A stretch of 64,000 bases of DNA from a bacterium (GTDB lineage: Bacteria > Patescibacteriota > Minisyncoccia > UBA6257 > 02-FULL-45-10c), in contig JAJYMK010000003.1 in assembly GCA_021786945.1 (NCBI GenBank), forward strand, positions 457,471 to 521,470. Reading direction: 5' to 3'. A program made the position numbers and the translations under genes. Below are positions 19,159-29,303 of the stretch, piece by piece (position 1 is the first letter of the stretch; the number at the start of each line of letters is the position of its first letter). Below the pieces are notes generated by a model. It did not search any database and was not told where the DNA came from. It saw nothing but the letters and a program-made list of their open reading frames with translations.

Positions 19159-21315
19159 ATGGCAAAAAATAAGAAAAACAAAGAGCGACAAAGCAAGGAA
19201 AATTCCGGCGGAATTTTTAAAAAATTCAATTCCTGGAGATCCCAAGTAAATCCGGAAACTGAAAAAAGCATTTTAGCGGTATTTTTTATTTGTCTGGCAA
19301 TAATTTTAATATTGGCTAGCTTCAATAACGCCGGACCGGCGGGAGATTATGTTTTTGGCGAACTTACCTTCCTTTTCGGATTAGGTTACTACCTATTCCC
19401 CCTTATTCTTTTGATTATGGCTTCTGATTTTCTTACCGGAAAAGACGAAAAGTACAGAGATCTTTCATTAAGACTATTTGGTGCATTATTTTTTGTACTT
19501 GGCGGACTCGGACTTATCGATGTGCTTTATTCCGGTAAAGGCGGACTCATCGGAGAATGGGTCGGAGGGCTTCAAACTCCGTTTGGCTATACAGCTTCTA
19601 TAATTATTACATCCACGATAATCATTTCTTCCCTTCTTCTCACTTTGAATGTACCCCTTAAACTTAAATTGCAAAAAGAAGAAGAGCTTGAAGCAGAAGA
19701 AAAGGAAGAGGAAATTAAAATAACCACGCCAAAAGAAGCTCCCGAAAAAGGAACCGAAGAAAAACCGGCCAAAAAAGCCGATAAGAAAGAAGAAAAAGAA
19801 GAGGAACAAGAAGTGAAACTCGCTTCGGATAAAGCATTTTTCATGCCCAAAAAAGCGACAATAGGAAAAATCAAAAATTATGTTGCTCCTCCTATAAACT
19901 TACTGAAAGCCAGCATCGAAAAACCGACTTCCGGCGATTTACGGGCAAATGCCAATATAATAAAAAGGACTTTGGAAAGTTTCGGTATTCCAGTAGAAAT
20001 GGGAGAAATAAGTATTGGCCCGAAAGTTACACGATACACACTAAAACCAGCTGAGGGCATCAAGCTTGCCAGAATCACAGCCCTCAACCAGGATCTTTCT
20101 TTGGCTTTGGCCGCTCACCCAATAAGAATCGAAGCTCCAATTCCCGGAAAATCATTGGTCGGCATAGAAGTTCCGAACAAAGCCGCCGCAGTAGTAAGAC
20201 TTGGCAGCTTGATGAACTATCCGGAATTCGTAAGCTCCGGATCTTTAGGATTTATCTTGGGCCGCGACGTAACAGGAGATCCGATTATGGCCGACCTTTC
20301 CAAAATGCCACACATTCTTATTGCTGGATCAACTGGTTCGGGCAAATCAGTCGCTATTCACACGCTTTTAATTTCACTTTTGTATAAAAATTCTCCGGAA
20401 ACTTTAAAACTCATTCTTATCGATCCAAAAAGAGTTGAGCTCACGATTTACAACGACATCCCGCATCTTATTTCACCGGTTATTACCGAAGGTAAAAAAG
20501 CCCTAGGCGTTTTCCGCTGGGCCATCAGCGAAATGGAAAGACGATACGAAACATTCCAAGGCGCAGGCTCTAGAGATATTAAGAGCTACAACAAAAATCA
20601 TGCCAGCGAACCACTTCCTTATATTGTAATAGTTGTGGACGAATTAGCCGATCTTATGGCTGCATACGGTAAAGACATCGAAAGTTCTATAGTAAGGCTC
20701 GCCCAGATGGCGCGTGCCACAGGTATCCACCTCGTTCTTTCCACACAAAGACCTTCGGTTGAAGTAATCACCGGTCTAATTAAAGCCAACATTCCGGCCA
20801 GAGTCGCATTGAAAGTGGCCAGCCAAGTGGACTCTAGGACAATTTTGGATATGGCCGGAGCCGAAAAACTTCTCGGTGGCGGTGATATGTTGTTTATGTC
20901 TGCTGAAGTAACAAAGCCAAAAAGAATTCAGGGTGCTTATGTCAGCGAAGAAGAACTAAATGCCGTTGCCGGATTCATCAGGGAAAATAATGAAAGCGAC
21001 TCTATTCCCGATGCCGAAAATAAATTTGATCCCGACAGAGCCGACAGAAAAGATATAAGCGATATAAATTTTGACGACTATGGCGGTGGCGATTCCGAAG
21101 ACGATCTGTTTGAAGACGCCGTAAAAGTTGTACGTGAAGCCAAAAAGGCATCCGCCTCACTTCTCCAAAGAAGATTATCGGTAGGTTATGCCAGAGCAGC
21201 TAGATTGATAGATATAATGGAACAAAAAGGAATTGTAGGTCCTGGCGAAGGGGCAAAACCAAGAGAGGTTTATCTAGACGAAAATCCCGTGGACAACAAC
21301 CAGGATAATGTGTAG
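19159..21315 (+). CDS. ftsK: DNA translocase FtsK/SpoIIIE
   Basis: N-terminal TM helices, K/E-rich linker, motor domain with Walker A AGSTGSGKS, C-terminal gamma/winged-helix LLQRRLSVGYARAARLIDIMEQKGIVGP. Confidence 0.9.
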   Translation: MAKNKKNKERQSKENSGGIFKKFNSWRSQVNPETEKSILAVFFICLAIILILASFNNAGPAGDYVFGELTFLFGLGYYLFPLILLIMASDFLTGKDEKYRDLSLRLFGALFFVLGGLGLIDVLYSGKGGLIGEWVGGLQTPFGYTASIIITSTIIISSLLLTLNVPLKLKLQKEEELEAEEKEEEIKITTPKEAPEKGTEEKPAKKADKKEEKEEEQEVKLASDKAFFMPKKATIGKIKNYVAPPINLLKASIEKPTSGDLRANANIIKRTLESFGIPVEMGEISIGPKVTRYTLKPAEGIKLARITALNQDLSLALAAHPIRIEAPIPGKSLVGIEVPNKAAAVVRLGSLMNYPEFVSSGSLGFILGRDVTGDPIMADLSKMPHILIAGSTGSGKSVAIHTLLISLLYKNSPETLKLILIDPKRVELTIYNDIPHLISPVITEGKKALGVFRWAISEMERRYETFQGAGSRDIKSYNKNHASEPLPYIVIVVDELADLMAAYGKDIESSIVRLAQMARATGIHLVLSTQRPSVEVITGLIKANIPARVALKVASQVDSRTILDMAGAEKLLGGGDMLFMSAEVTKPKRIQGAYVSEEELNAVAGFIRENNESDSIPDAENKFDPDRADRKDISDINFDDYGGGDSEDDLFEDAVKVVREAKKASASLLQRRLSVGYARAARLIDIMEQKGIVGPGEGAKPREVYLDENPVDNNQDNV

Positions 21316-21348
21316 ATTAAAGAAGTAAGATAAAATACCTTTTTAGAA

Positions 21349-21999
21349 ATGGAACAGGAAAAAACACTACAAATTATATTTGAGGAGGCGCTAGAACAAA
21401 AAAATATCAGCATGGAAAAATTAGCGGCAATAACCGAAATTCCAAAACGCTATCTGACCGCAATCCAAAATACAGAACTGAATAAATTACCATCTGCACC
21501 CTACGTACGCGGATATTTAAAAAAAATCTGCGAGGTTTTAGGACTTAACTTTCAAGAAATCTGGGAAATATACAAAAAAGAACTAAGTCATAAGACGTCG
21601 GGCGCTTTCGATAAATTACCGATAAACCGATTTGCCATACACAGAATAAACAAAAAAAGTGTTGCCGCGGCCGTGGTTGGCGGAGTCCTGCTACTCTTCT
21701 TTCTTCTTAATTTCAATAATTTCTTGGGAAAGCCATATTTGAATATCGAGAACCCTAAAGAAAATCTTATTTCTACATTTGATCCGGTTATTAATTTTTC
21801 CGGACAAATAAATCCAAAAGACAAATTAACTATAAACGGAAAAGAAATAGTAACGGACACTGCCGGAAACTTTGAAACAATATACGAATTGCAACCTGGA
21901 TTGAATACTGTAGAATTCAAAGTCAAAAAAATACTAGGCAAAGAAAATTCTCAGATAAAACAAATAATGCTGGAAATGGCTACAACAACCCAATATTAA
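21349..21999 (+). CDS. RodZ-like HTH domain membrane protein
   Basis: N-terminal RodZ-type HTH (…ITEIPKRYLTAIQNTELNKLPSAPYVRGYLKKICEVLGL), single TM helix, C-terminal domain. Confidence 0.6.
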   Translation: MEQEKTLQIIFEEALEQKNISMEKLAAITEIPKRYLTAIQNTELNKLPSAPYVRGYLKKICEVLGLNFQEIWEIYKKELSHKTSGAFDKLPINRFAIHRINKKSVAAAVVGGVLLLFFLLNFNNFLGKPYLNIENPKENLISTFDPVINFSGQINPKDKLTINGKEIVTDTAGNFETIYELQPGLNTVEFKVKKILGKENSQIKQIMLEMATTTQY

Positions 22000-22002
22000 A
22001 AT

Positions 22003-22032
22003 AAAAACCTCCGCAAAACGGAGGTTTTTTGT
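22003..22032 (+). terminator. intrinsic terminator
   Basis: hairpin AACCTCCG-CAAAA-CGGAGGTT followed by T-run. Confidence 0.75.
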
Positions 22033-22062
22033 TATAATAAATATACTTAACCAATATTATTT

Positions 22063-23070
22063 ATGACAAAAAATAAAGAAGAAAAAAAAGTTGAGGGCGG
22101 AGAAAAAGATATAGAAAATCTTTTAGAAGCACTTCAAAGCAAGTTCGGAGAAGGCTCAATAATGAAACTGGGCGACGTCAAAAAAACAAATGTTGACGTA
22201 GTTCCGACCGGTTCTTTTTCTTTGGATTTGGCTCTCGGCGTAGGCGGGCTTCCCAAAGGAAGAATTGTCGAAATATTCGGACCGGAAAGTAGCGGTAAGA
22301 CAACCCTTGCATTAAACGTAATCGCTCAAGCTCAGAAAAAAAATGGAAAGGTTGCTTTTATAGATGCCGAGCACGCTATGGATCCGGAATACGCTTCCAA
22401 ATTAGGCGTAAAAGTAAAAGATCTTCTTATTTCCCAACCAGATAGCGGAGAAGAAGCTTTAAATATTTTGGAAAGCTTGGTCCGTTCCAATATTATAGAC
22501 GTAATAGTTGTAGACTCTGTTGCAGCCTTAACACCACAAAAAGAAATTGAGGGTGAAATGGGTGCACAATTTATGGGCCTTCAAGCCAGAATGATGTCTC
22601 AAGCTCTCAGAAAACTCACCGCTATTGCCGCCAAATCCAAGACAATGATAATTTTCATAAATCAGCTCAGAGAAAAAATCGGAATTATGTTCGGTAATCC
22701 GGAAACAACTCCCGGAGGCCGCGCACTAAAATTCTATTCTTCGGTAAGAATCGATATCAGAAAAATTGCACAAGTTAAAAAAGGAGAAAATATAGTAGGA
22801 AATCGCGTGAAAGCTAAAGTTGTCAAAAACAAAGTCGCACCTCCGTTTAGAGAAGCCGAATTCGATATTATGTTCGGAGAAGGCATTTCTTATGAATCCG
22901 ATGTTCTTAATGCCGCCATTAAACACGGTGCCGTAGTAAAATCCGGAGCTACCTATTCAATGGAAGGCCAAAAACTCGGAGTAGGTTTCGACAAGGTAGT
23001 TGAAATGATGAAAGAGGACAAAAAACTTCTCGGTGAAATAAAAAAGAAAACAGCGGATATAATCAAATAA
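22063..23070 (+). CDS. recA: recombinase RecA
   Basis: Walker [14 protein letters not shown]1/L2 loop regions, 335 aa, typical RecA end-to-end. Confidence 0.95.
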   Translation: MTKNKEEKKVEGGEKDIENLLEALQSKFGEGSIMKLGDVKKTNVDVVPTGSFSLDLALGVGGLPKGRIVEIFGPESSGKTTLALNVIAQAQKKNGKVAFIDAEHAMDPEYASKLGVKVKDLLISQPDSGEEALNILESLVRSNIIDVIVVDSVAALTPQKEIEGEMGAQFMGLQARMMSQALRKLTAIAAKSKTMIIFINQLREKIGIMFGNPETTPGGRALKFYSSVRIDIRKIAQVKKGENIVGNRVKAKVVKNKVAPPFREAEFDIMFGEGISYESDVLNAAIKHGAVVKSGATYSMEGQKLGVGFDKVVEMMKEDKKLLGEIKKKTADIIK

Positions 23071-23072
23071 CA

Positions 23073-23101
23073 AAAAATCCCGCTTCTAGGCGGGATTTTT
23101 A
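23073..23101. terminator. bidirectional intrinsic terminator
   Basis: hairpin AATCCCGC-TTCTAG-GCGGGATT with flanking A/T runs between convergent recA and yvcK. Confidence 0.75.
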
Positions 23102-24076
23102 TTACACCAATAATTTTATAACCCTGGCTATTTTTTCGGGATCGTGACGGACCAATCCTGCTTTTAATTTTCCCGACCTGAACAGATCGGCTTTTATAAC
23201 AGAAACAGATTTATCCAATTTTTCTAAACCGGCATCCGGTTCAACAAAATAAGATTTTTCTTTTACATAAATAGATAAATTCTTCAGCGACGGCCGGTGA
23301 TTGTTGACCACGGCAAAATCCAAAACACCCTTTCCGAGATAGGAAATAACAGTCCCTACAAAATCCGAGGCGGAAAAATTATTTGTTTCTCCGAACTTCG
23401 TCATTACATTACTCAAATAAATCACTTTTGCTTTAGTTTTTCTAAGAGCATCCACCATGCCGCCAACCAAAAGATTAGGGATAATACTGGTATACAAATC
23501 CCCGGGACCAATAATCACGGCATCCGCTCCCAAAATTGCCTTGCGGGCATTGGGATTTATTTTAACTGCCGGATACAAAGAAGCTTTTTTAATCTTAAGG
23601 TTACCGTCATGCTTCGGAATATCGATGTTCGTCTCTCCTCTGATTATTTCCCCGTTTTCCAACTCGGCAATAAGCCTGGCATTACCCAAAGTAACCGGAA
23701 CAACATGGCCTTTAATGGATAAAATATTTCCGGCTTCATTAACCGCGGCTTCAAAATTTCCGGTAATTCTTTCCAGCGCCGCAATCAATAAATTTCCGAA
23801 ATTGTGTCCGGCCAAACCATAACCATTCTCAAATCTATAAGCAAAAAGCTGGGCTAGCATCTTATCGTCGGAAGCGGAAAGCGCAATAAGAGCCCTGCGA
23901 ATATCGCCAGGTGGAAGAATCCCAAACTCTTCGCGCAAAATTCCCGTTGAACCGCCGTCGTCCGCCATAGTCACAATCGCAGTCAAATCATTAAAATAAT
24001 GTTTTAAGCCCGTTAAAACAGTAAATACTCCCGTACCACCCCCAATCACTACTATTTTTTTATTGGATTTTTCCAT
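23102..24076 (-). CDS. yvcK: YvcK/CofD-family protein (gluconeogenesis factor, UPF0052)
   Basis: N-terminal KIVVIGGGTG, ...TMADDGGSTG... motifs typical of YvcK/CofD family. Confidence 0.8.
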   Translation of the reverse strand: MEKSNKKIVVIGGGTGVFTVLTGLKHYFNDLTAIVTMADDGGSTGILREEFGILPPGDIRRALIALSASDDKMLAQLFAYRFENGYGLAGHNFGNLLIAALERITGNFEAAVNEAGNILSIKGHVVPVTLGNARLIAELENGEIIRGETNIDIPKHDGNLKIKKASLYPAVKINPNARKAILGADAVIIGPGDLYTSIIPNLLVGGMVDALRKTKAKVIYLSNVMTKFGETNNFSASDFVGTVISYLGKGVLDFAVVNNHRPSLKNLSIYVKEKSYFVEPDAGLEKLDKSVSVIKADLFRSGKLKAGLVRHDPEKIARVIKLLV

Positions 24077-24115
24077 TTTTGATTTATTTATAAAACTAGC
24101 CAGAACAACAAAAAG

Positions 24116-25192
24116 TTATGGCCTAAAAATCCGACTAAAAATGAGCTCCTTTCCAGCTTTAAAATACTTTTTCATAAGTTCGGGATTATTCACTATCTCT
24201 CTGCCTCTTTCTAAATAAATTTTTGCCAAAGATTCGCCCATTGGCACACCCAATAACTCCATAAAACCAACACCTTTAATTTTTTTACCCCCAAACTCAG
24301 CTTCTAATTTTAATCCGCCCTCCCAATAATTAATATTTCCAAAAACAATTTCCTGATTAAAATTTTTTGGTTTTGTTTTTATTTTCAAATCAAGTTCTGG
24401 AATATTTATAATCCATTCTACTTCGTATTCGGCTTTTGTTTCGGGGCTTTTCCAAATATTGTTAAGGGGCTTAAAAGAAATATTTCTTGTGGCCATCTGT
24501 TTGCCGTCGGGCATGCAAATTGTAGCAGATCTTATTTTTTGTTTATCTCCGTATTCAAAACACAAAAGATCTAATCCATTCTCAAATTGCATAGAAAACC
24601 AAGTCCATTTATCTTCGGGGTGATATCCACCATTAGACCACTGTCTATCCATCCAGACCTTACCGGAAACAGATTCAAAACCATTTTCTGTCCTAATCTT
24701 TCCCCGCGCTTCCAAATCAGAAAATGAAAAATAATACGTATCCTTAACACCCAAATCTATCCAGCCCTTTCCATCCACCAATAACGGCTTCTTTTTTAAA
24801 ACAAGATTCAAATCCAAGTCCTGATTTTTAAAATGATATTCATTGTCCCTTATGTTTTCAAAAAGAAATTCCTCCCCCGCCTTAATAAATAGCCTTTTTC
24901 CGCAAAAACTTTTTTTATCCAATTCAGGATACAAAGATATTGAAGGTTTAAAAACTTTATCATCGACGTCGGTCAAAAGACTGTGGGCAAAATAAAAATC
25001 GGGAATAGGTAATTTGTCCAAAAATGGCAAATCAACTTTTTTAGGATCCGTCTTAAAAAGACAGTGCATAAAAATAAATTCCTTGTCAGATTCGGTTTTT
25101 AAATGCCCATTAAAATACCACCATTCTATTACGGCGTTATGACTGGATTCGTCTTTTGGAAGGACCAGCGGCTTAAAACCTATTTTAGCCAT
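24116..25192 (-). CDS. CrtC/AttH-like lipocalin-domain protein (hydroxyneurosporene-synthase family fold)
   Basis: HNAVIEWWYFNGHL motif near N-terminus characteristic of CrtC/AttH family; 358 aa. Confidence 0.5.
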   Translation of the reverse strand: MAKIGFKPLVLPKDESSHNAVIEWWYFNGHLKTESDKEFIFMHCLFKTDPKKVDLPFLDKLPIPDFYFAHSLLTDVDDKVFKPSISLYPELDKKSFCGKRLFIKAGEEFLFENIRDNEYHFKNQDLDLNLVLKKKPLLVDGKGWIDLGVKDTYYFSFSDLEARGKIRTENGFESVSGKVWMDRQWSNGGYHPEDKWTWFSMQFENGLDLLCFEYGDKQKIRSATICMPDGKQMATRNISFKPLNNIWKSPETKAEYEVEWIINIPELDLKIKTKPKNFNQEIVFGNINYWEGGLKLEAEFGGKKIKGVGFMELLGVPMGESLAKIYLERGREIVNNPELMKKYFKAGKELIFSRIFRP

Positions 25193-25197
25193 TTATT

Positions 25198-25437
25198 TTA
25201 TTTGGTAATAGCGTCGAAATCTTCCGGAACCTTATCGGCTTTAGGAACAAATATCCACATTAAAATATAAAAAAGCGGCATAAAATGAATTCCTCCTAAA
25301 ATTAAAATTGCCAAAACTAATCTTACTATCCACAAAGGCCAACCAAAAAAATAGGCTATTCCTGCAGCCACACCCCCTACTATTCCTTTATCTGGAAATC
25401 TTTTTAGGTTTTTAATATTTTCTAATTTTTCTCTCAT
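25198..25437 (-). CDS. PspC-domain membrane protein
   Basis: GGVAAGIAYFFGWPLWIVRLVLAILILGG matches PspC domain consensus; 79 aa. Confidence 0.7.
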   Translation of the reverse strand: MREKLENIKNLKRFPDKGIVGGVAAGIAYFFGWPLWIVRLVLAILILGGIHFMPLFYILMWIFVPKADKVPEDFDAITK

Positions 25438-25476
25438 ATTTTTATTTTTATTAATTTAATATAACGGGTAATTTAA

Positions 25477-25977
25477 TTATATTTTAAAAACGGCCACAAT
25501 CAAATAGACAATCATGGTAAGACTAAGAACTATTTTTAAAGCGCCGTTAACCACAAATCCAAGAAAAGCACCTCTTAAAACGTAACTAATTTCTTTAGAT
25601 TCTCTTCCTTTATATATTTCACCAAAAACTAAACCCAAAAATGGTCCAATAATCATTCCTATGGGGCCGCCAATTATCAAACCAATAAAAGAACCCAGAA
25701 CGAAGCCGATCATGCCTTCTTTTGACGCCTTATAATTACCGGCTCCAAGAAGCGGCATTAAAAAATCGAGAATGCAAGCCAATGTGGTAAAAAATAAAAA
25801 AATCAAAATAATTTTCCAGGAAATAAAAATAAAATTAGTTGCTATGCCAAAAATTAAAATACCCAGCCAAGAAATAAAAATACCTGGAGGAAAGGGCAAT
25901 ATCGGAAAAACAACCCCTAAAAAACCTATAACCGCCAATACAAAAGACAGTATTATTAAAATTATTTCTAAAATCAT
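25477..25977 (-). CDS. DUF456-like integral membrane protein
   Basis: LGVVFPILPFPPGIFISWLGILIFG pattern and 4 TM helices. Confidence 0.45.
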   Translation of the reverse strand: MILEIILIILSFVLAVIGFLGVVFPILPFPPGIFISWLGILIFGIATNFIFISWKIILIFLFFTTLACILDFLMPLLGAGNYKASKEGMIGFVLGSFIGLIIGGPIGMIIGPFLGLVFGEIYKGRESKEISYVLRGAFLGFVVNGALKIVLSLTMIVYLIVAVFKI

Positions 25978-26006
25978 ATCTTTAATATATAATAAAAGGA
26001 CTCTTT

Positions 26007-26408
26007 ATGAAATTTCAAATAAAAAAAATAAATACTTCCAGAAAAAATCTACTGAGAGTGTGCGGCTATAAAGAAATTCAAAATCCATACAAAGAAAATG
26101 AAATTAGTTATGCGAGATCCTTGGAAGCCAGCAGATTTTATCCTCGCTTTCATATATACATAGAAGAAATTGCCGATTCAGAAGGTATTCAGCTAAACCT
26201 TCACTTGGATATGAAAAAACCAATTTATAAAGGAACTACTGCTCACAGCGGAGAATACGAAGGAGAGCTGGTTGAACGCGAAGCACAAAGAATAAAAAAT
26301 ATAGCCGATAAATTTATTTCGGAAAGTACCCCCCAATACCAAAGCCTCGGATTCAAAAAAGAAAAATCCGGATTTTGGAAAAAAATACTGGATTTTCTAC
26401 AGCCATAA
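26007..26408 (+). CDS. hypothetical protein (133 aa)
   Basis: ORF only; no family recognised. Confidence 0.4.
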   Translation: MKFQIKKINTSRKNLLRVCGYKEIQNPYKENEISYARSLEASRFYPRFHIYIEEIADSEGIQLNLHLDMKKPIYKGTTAHSGEYEGELVEREAQRIKNIADKFISESTPQYQSLGFKKEKSGFWKKILDFLQP

Positions 26409-26414
26409 TTTCCC

Positions 26415-26443
26415 TTGACATTTTTTTAAAAAAACAGTATATT
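26415..26443 (+). promoter_or_regulatory. near-consensus sigma70-type promoter TTGACA-17-TATATT
   Basis: TTGACA at 26415-26420, 17-nt spacer, TATATT at 26438-26443; drives the structured RNA candidate. Confidence 0.6.
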
Positions 26444-26449
26444 ATTTAA

Positions 26450-26794
26450 CAGTACATTGCTAAGGGAATGTTTAATGTTGTAAACCTCCTCGGTTAGAGG
26501 TTCTCGGCCTGTACCGGCCTTCTATGCGAAGCGCCGCAGATCGCAGCAACCCTCCTTTCCTTCCCTAAAAGTTGGAAGAGGAGGCCACCTGTCATCAACC
26601 AAACTACCTATCCGGTTGGCCCGGAAAGGGTCTAAACAGCCAGGGCTCACTCTTAAAATAGTAATAAGATTGGGGTTGGCGGCCCCTCCGAAGCTCCCGC
26701 TAGAGAGTTTTGGACACGAGCCCGCAAAAAACAAAAAAACAAAGCGAAAGAATCAGGGCCCCGCACTTACACGTGCGGGGCCCATTATTTTTTT
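26450..26794 (+). ncRNA. structured ncRNA candidate; SRP RNA (ffs)-like, long form
   Basis: Between consensus promoter and strong terminator (GGCCCCGCAC-TTACAC-GTGCGGGGCC + T-run, 26757-26794). Locally G+C-rich. 26613-26645 GGUUGGCCCGGAAAGGGUCUAAACAGCCAGGGC resembles SRP RNA helix 8 (E. coli GGUCCGGAAGGAAGCAGCCAAGG). No tRNA-like 3' end or RNase P P4 motif. Confidence 0.4.
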
Positions 26795-26875
26795 AATAGG
26801 CGTTGACTAATTTACCAATAAATCCTAGGTTAAGATTAGGAACTTAAAAAATAACCTATTCTAAAAGGAGGAATT

Positions 26876-27613
26876 ATGGCGCCGGAATGTGCTGTGGTGT
26901 TTGATTTCGATGGCACCCTCACGCCTAAATTCCACGTATCTCTTTTTAACGTCGTGGAAAAGGGTGTGCTCTCGGAAAAATATCTGCAAGAAACCGCAAT
27001 CCTGCGGAATAAGTACCTGCCAAAAGCAATGAGCGGCACTATTACACACAAAGAAGAAGCTGCCTGGCTCAGTGAAAATATAAATATTTTTATTAAAGCC
27101 GGCACAACCATAGACCAAGTAAAATATGCGCTAAAAGATGTGAGGCTAAGAATCAATGTCGTTGATTGCATGGCCCTGCTGAAATATAAACGCATACCAA
27201 TGGCTGTTATTTCTTACGGAGTCTATCAATTTATAGAAATCGTACTAAAAAACAACCATGCCTTGCCGCTTATAAATTCTATCTATGCCACAAAGCTTGA
27301 GGTAGACAAAGAAACCGGTAAAATTATCGGCTTCAATCCCGCAACAGTTCTTTTGCCAACACAAAAAGGCACTGCTTCGTTGCACTTCGCGAAATCCGTA
27401 AGAGTTGCGGAAAATAAAATACTTGCCGTTGGAGATTCACTGGTAGATTCCCTACTCGGCAGTCTCAAGGAAAACCGCTTCGGAATAGCCGAAGACGAAA
27501 CTCAATTAAAAAGAATACAAAATGTTATGGGCGAATGCGCAATTACCCAGGACTTTTCTCCGGTAATTAACTGGCTCATAAGAAAAATAGAAAATAAACA
27601 AGCCCCGCTTTAA
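26876..27613 (+). CDS. HAD-superfamily hydrolase
   Basis: motif I VVFDFDGTLT (DxDxT), later GDSLVDS (motif IV-like); AAAGGAGG SD. Confidence 0.7.
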   Translation: MAPECAVVFDFDGTLTPKFHVSLFNVVEKGVLSEKYLQETAILRNKYLPKAMSGTITHKEEAAWLSENINIFIKAGTTIDQVKYALKDVRLRINVVDCMALLKYKRIPMAVISYGVYQFIEIVLKNNHALPLINSIYATKLEVDKETGKIIGFNPATVLLPTQKGTASLHFAKSVRVAENKILAVGDSLVDSLLGSLKENRFGIAEDETQLKRIQNVMGECAITQDFSPVINWLIRKIENKQAPL

Positions 27614-27630
27614 AGCGGGGCTTTTCTTAT
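27598..27630 (+). terminator. intrinsic terminator
   Basis: hairpin AAGCCCCGC-TTTAAA-GCGGGGCTT followed by TTCTTATTATTT. Confidence 0.7.
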
Positions 27631-27641
27631 TATTTATTTTT

Positions 27642-28547
27642 TTATCCCCTAGTCAAATAAACCTTGATAAAACTGCTCTTTAGATCTGCCGCTTCCTTTG
27701 AAAGTGAAGCGCTGTCGCCATTTTTTGCCGAAATTAAAATAACTTCCAAATTTTTCCTTATATTTTGAATATCAGAGTCATTAATTACACCCTCAACCAA
27801 TTTAAGGGCCGAGTCCGCTTCCGGGTAAACAGCGATTATTCCATCGGAATCTTTATTGTCGGCGGCTGTAATAATTTTTTCCATAATATCGTGAAAATCA
27901 ACAAGGTAAACAGAAAGCATGGAAAAATTATTTCTTTTTAAAATATCCTGAAAAATCGGCCGGATAGCTTCCAGACCAGTATGGGCAACTGTCAAATCCC
28001 CGGTATAAATCACGTCTTTAAGATCGGATGATATTTTGCCAACTCGTAAAACATCTGCATTAAATTGACCGTCACCCGAAATTACAAATGGATGATAATT
28101 TAAATACTTACCGGAAAAATTTCTGTATTCAACTATAAATTTATCATAATTTTCTATAGCCTCCGGTCTTTTGGCTTGTCCGGTCTGAAAAAGTGCTTGT
28201 TTATAATATTGATTCATTGCCGCATAATTTTCCAAAAATATTTTCTTGGTAAAAAAATCACTATAATAAATTCCGATAAAAGGAATAATTAAAATAAGCA
28301 CGATAAATATAATTTTAACTTTTCGGGAAATTACTTTTTCGGAATTCTTATTTGTCGAAAAATTTAAAATTTTATATAGACCACAGAATCCGGTTATGCC
28401 GGTAACCAAAGCCACCAAAGAAAGGACGTAAAAAATAATTTGTAAAACCCCTCCAAACCAAAATAAACCGGCAATTAAAAACAACTCAGCTAAAATAATT
28501 CTTATAAATCTATCAATATCATTCTCATTTTTAACTATTTTAAACAT
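27642..28547 (-). CDS. membrane protein with N-terminal DUF2892-like domain
   Basis: VTGITGFCGLYKILNFST matches DUF2892/YgaP-like TM motif (GxxGxCPLYxLLG); C-terminal domain unknown. Confidence 0.45.
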   Translation of the reverse strand: MFKIVKNENDIDRFIRIILAELFLIAGLFWFGGVLQIIFYVLSLVALVTGITGFCGLYKILNFSTNKNSEKVISRKVKIIFIVLILIIPFIGIYYSDFFTKKIFLENYAAMNQYYKQALFQTGQAKRPEAIENYDKFIVEYRNFSGKYLNYHPFVISGDGQFNADVLRVGKISSDLKDVIYTGDLTVAHTGLEAIRPIFQDILKRNNFSMLSVYLVDFHDIMEKIITAADNKDSDGIIAVYPEADSALKLVEGVINDSDIQNIRKNLEVILISAKNGDSASLSKEAADLKSSFIKVYLTRG

Positions 28548-28555
28548 ATTTTTTA

Positions 28556-28792
28556 TTAATTAATAAGATGTTCGAAAACATCCGGGCGAAACCCAATTAT
28601 AATATTATCATCTATATCTATTACCGGCACACCCATTTGCCCGCTCTTCGCAATCATTTCTTTAACAGCATTCTCGTTTCCGGCAACATTTATATCTTCA
28701 AATTCCAAACCTTTATCTTTAAAATAATTTTTTGCCATAATGCAATAAGGGCAGGTAGGTGTGGAATAAATCCTAATTTTATGATTTTCCAT
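28556..28792 (-). CDS. glutaredoxin-like small redox protein (second copy)
   Basis: IRIYSTPTCPYCIMAKNYF with CPYC motif, 78 aa; paralog of 1483-1725. Confidence 0.7.
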   Translation of the reverse strand: MENHKIRIYSTPTCPYCIMAKNYFKDKGLEFEDINVAGNENAVKEMIAKSGQMGVPVIDIDDNIIIGFRPDVFEHLIN

Positions 28793-28888
28793 ACTATTAT
28801 TATAAAATATTTTTTTAATTAATATAACAAAAACTTCAGCTATATAAAAACGATATTACTATAAAATATAATATGTTAAAATTAATAA

Positions 28889-29266
28889 ATGGAACAAAAA
28901 AATCACTCTCATGGTGAAAAATGTAATATATACGGAGTAGATATGTGCTCCAATCATATAACACCCAAACAAGTACGGGACGCCATAATTAATTGCTTTA
29001 TTAATGCCCACGGAGGGGTGATAAAGGAATTTAAAAGCTATGAAAATCTTTCAAAAGAAGAATTGGAAAAATCCGAAAGAAATGAAATTCAAACTTTGGT
29101 AAAAAATTTTTTTGGAGAAGTTGGTGGAGATTTTGAAAATCCAACAAAAGAAAATCTAATTAGAGTAATGGATAGATTGGCGGATTTTTCAAAAAAATTC
29201 AGGGAAGAAGAAGTTATAAATAAGCATTACCAGGAAATAAAATTATTGATAGACAAATTGCAATAA
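28889..29266 (+). CDS. hypothetical protein (125 aa)
   Basis: ORF only; no family recognised. Confidence 0.45.
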   Translation: MEQKNHSHGEKCNIYGVDMCSNHITPKQVRDAIINCFINAHGGVIKEFKSYENLSKEELEKSERNEIQTLVKNFFGEVGGDFENPTKENLIRVMDRLADFSKKFREEEVINKHYQEIKLLIDKLQ

Positions 29267-29267
29267 A

Positions 29268-29300
29268 AAATGGCGGCCATAGCGGCCGCCATTTTAATTT
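29268..29300. terminator. bidirectional intrinsic terminator (perfect GC-rich palindrome)
   Basis: AATGGCGGCC-ATAG-CGGCCGCCATT 10-bp stem with flanking A and T runs. Confidence 0.75.
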
Positions 29301-29303
29301 TGA

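Noticed and set aside
19486-20087. Antisense ORFs 19486-19809, 19587-19874 and 19878-20087 within ftsK
   Set aside because: They sit on the low-complexity K/E-rich linker and motor-domain region of an unambiguous FtsK frame.
26522-26734. 70-aa minus-strand ORF inside the structured-RNA candidate
   Set aside because: It is antisense to a unit with a consensus promoter and terminator on the plus strand, has no SD, and lies in a locally GC-rich structured region where random ORFs are expected.
26450-26794. tmRNA or RNase P RNA identity for the structured RNA
   Set aside because: There is no tRNA-like T-arm/acceptor at the 3' end, no tag-peptide reading frame ending in a typical degron, and no RNase P P4 consensus (AGGAAAGUCCGGGCUCC).
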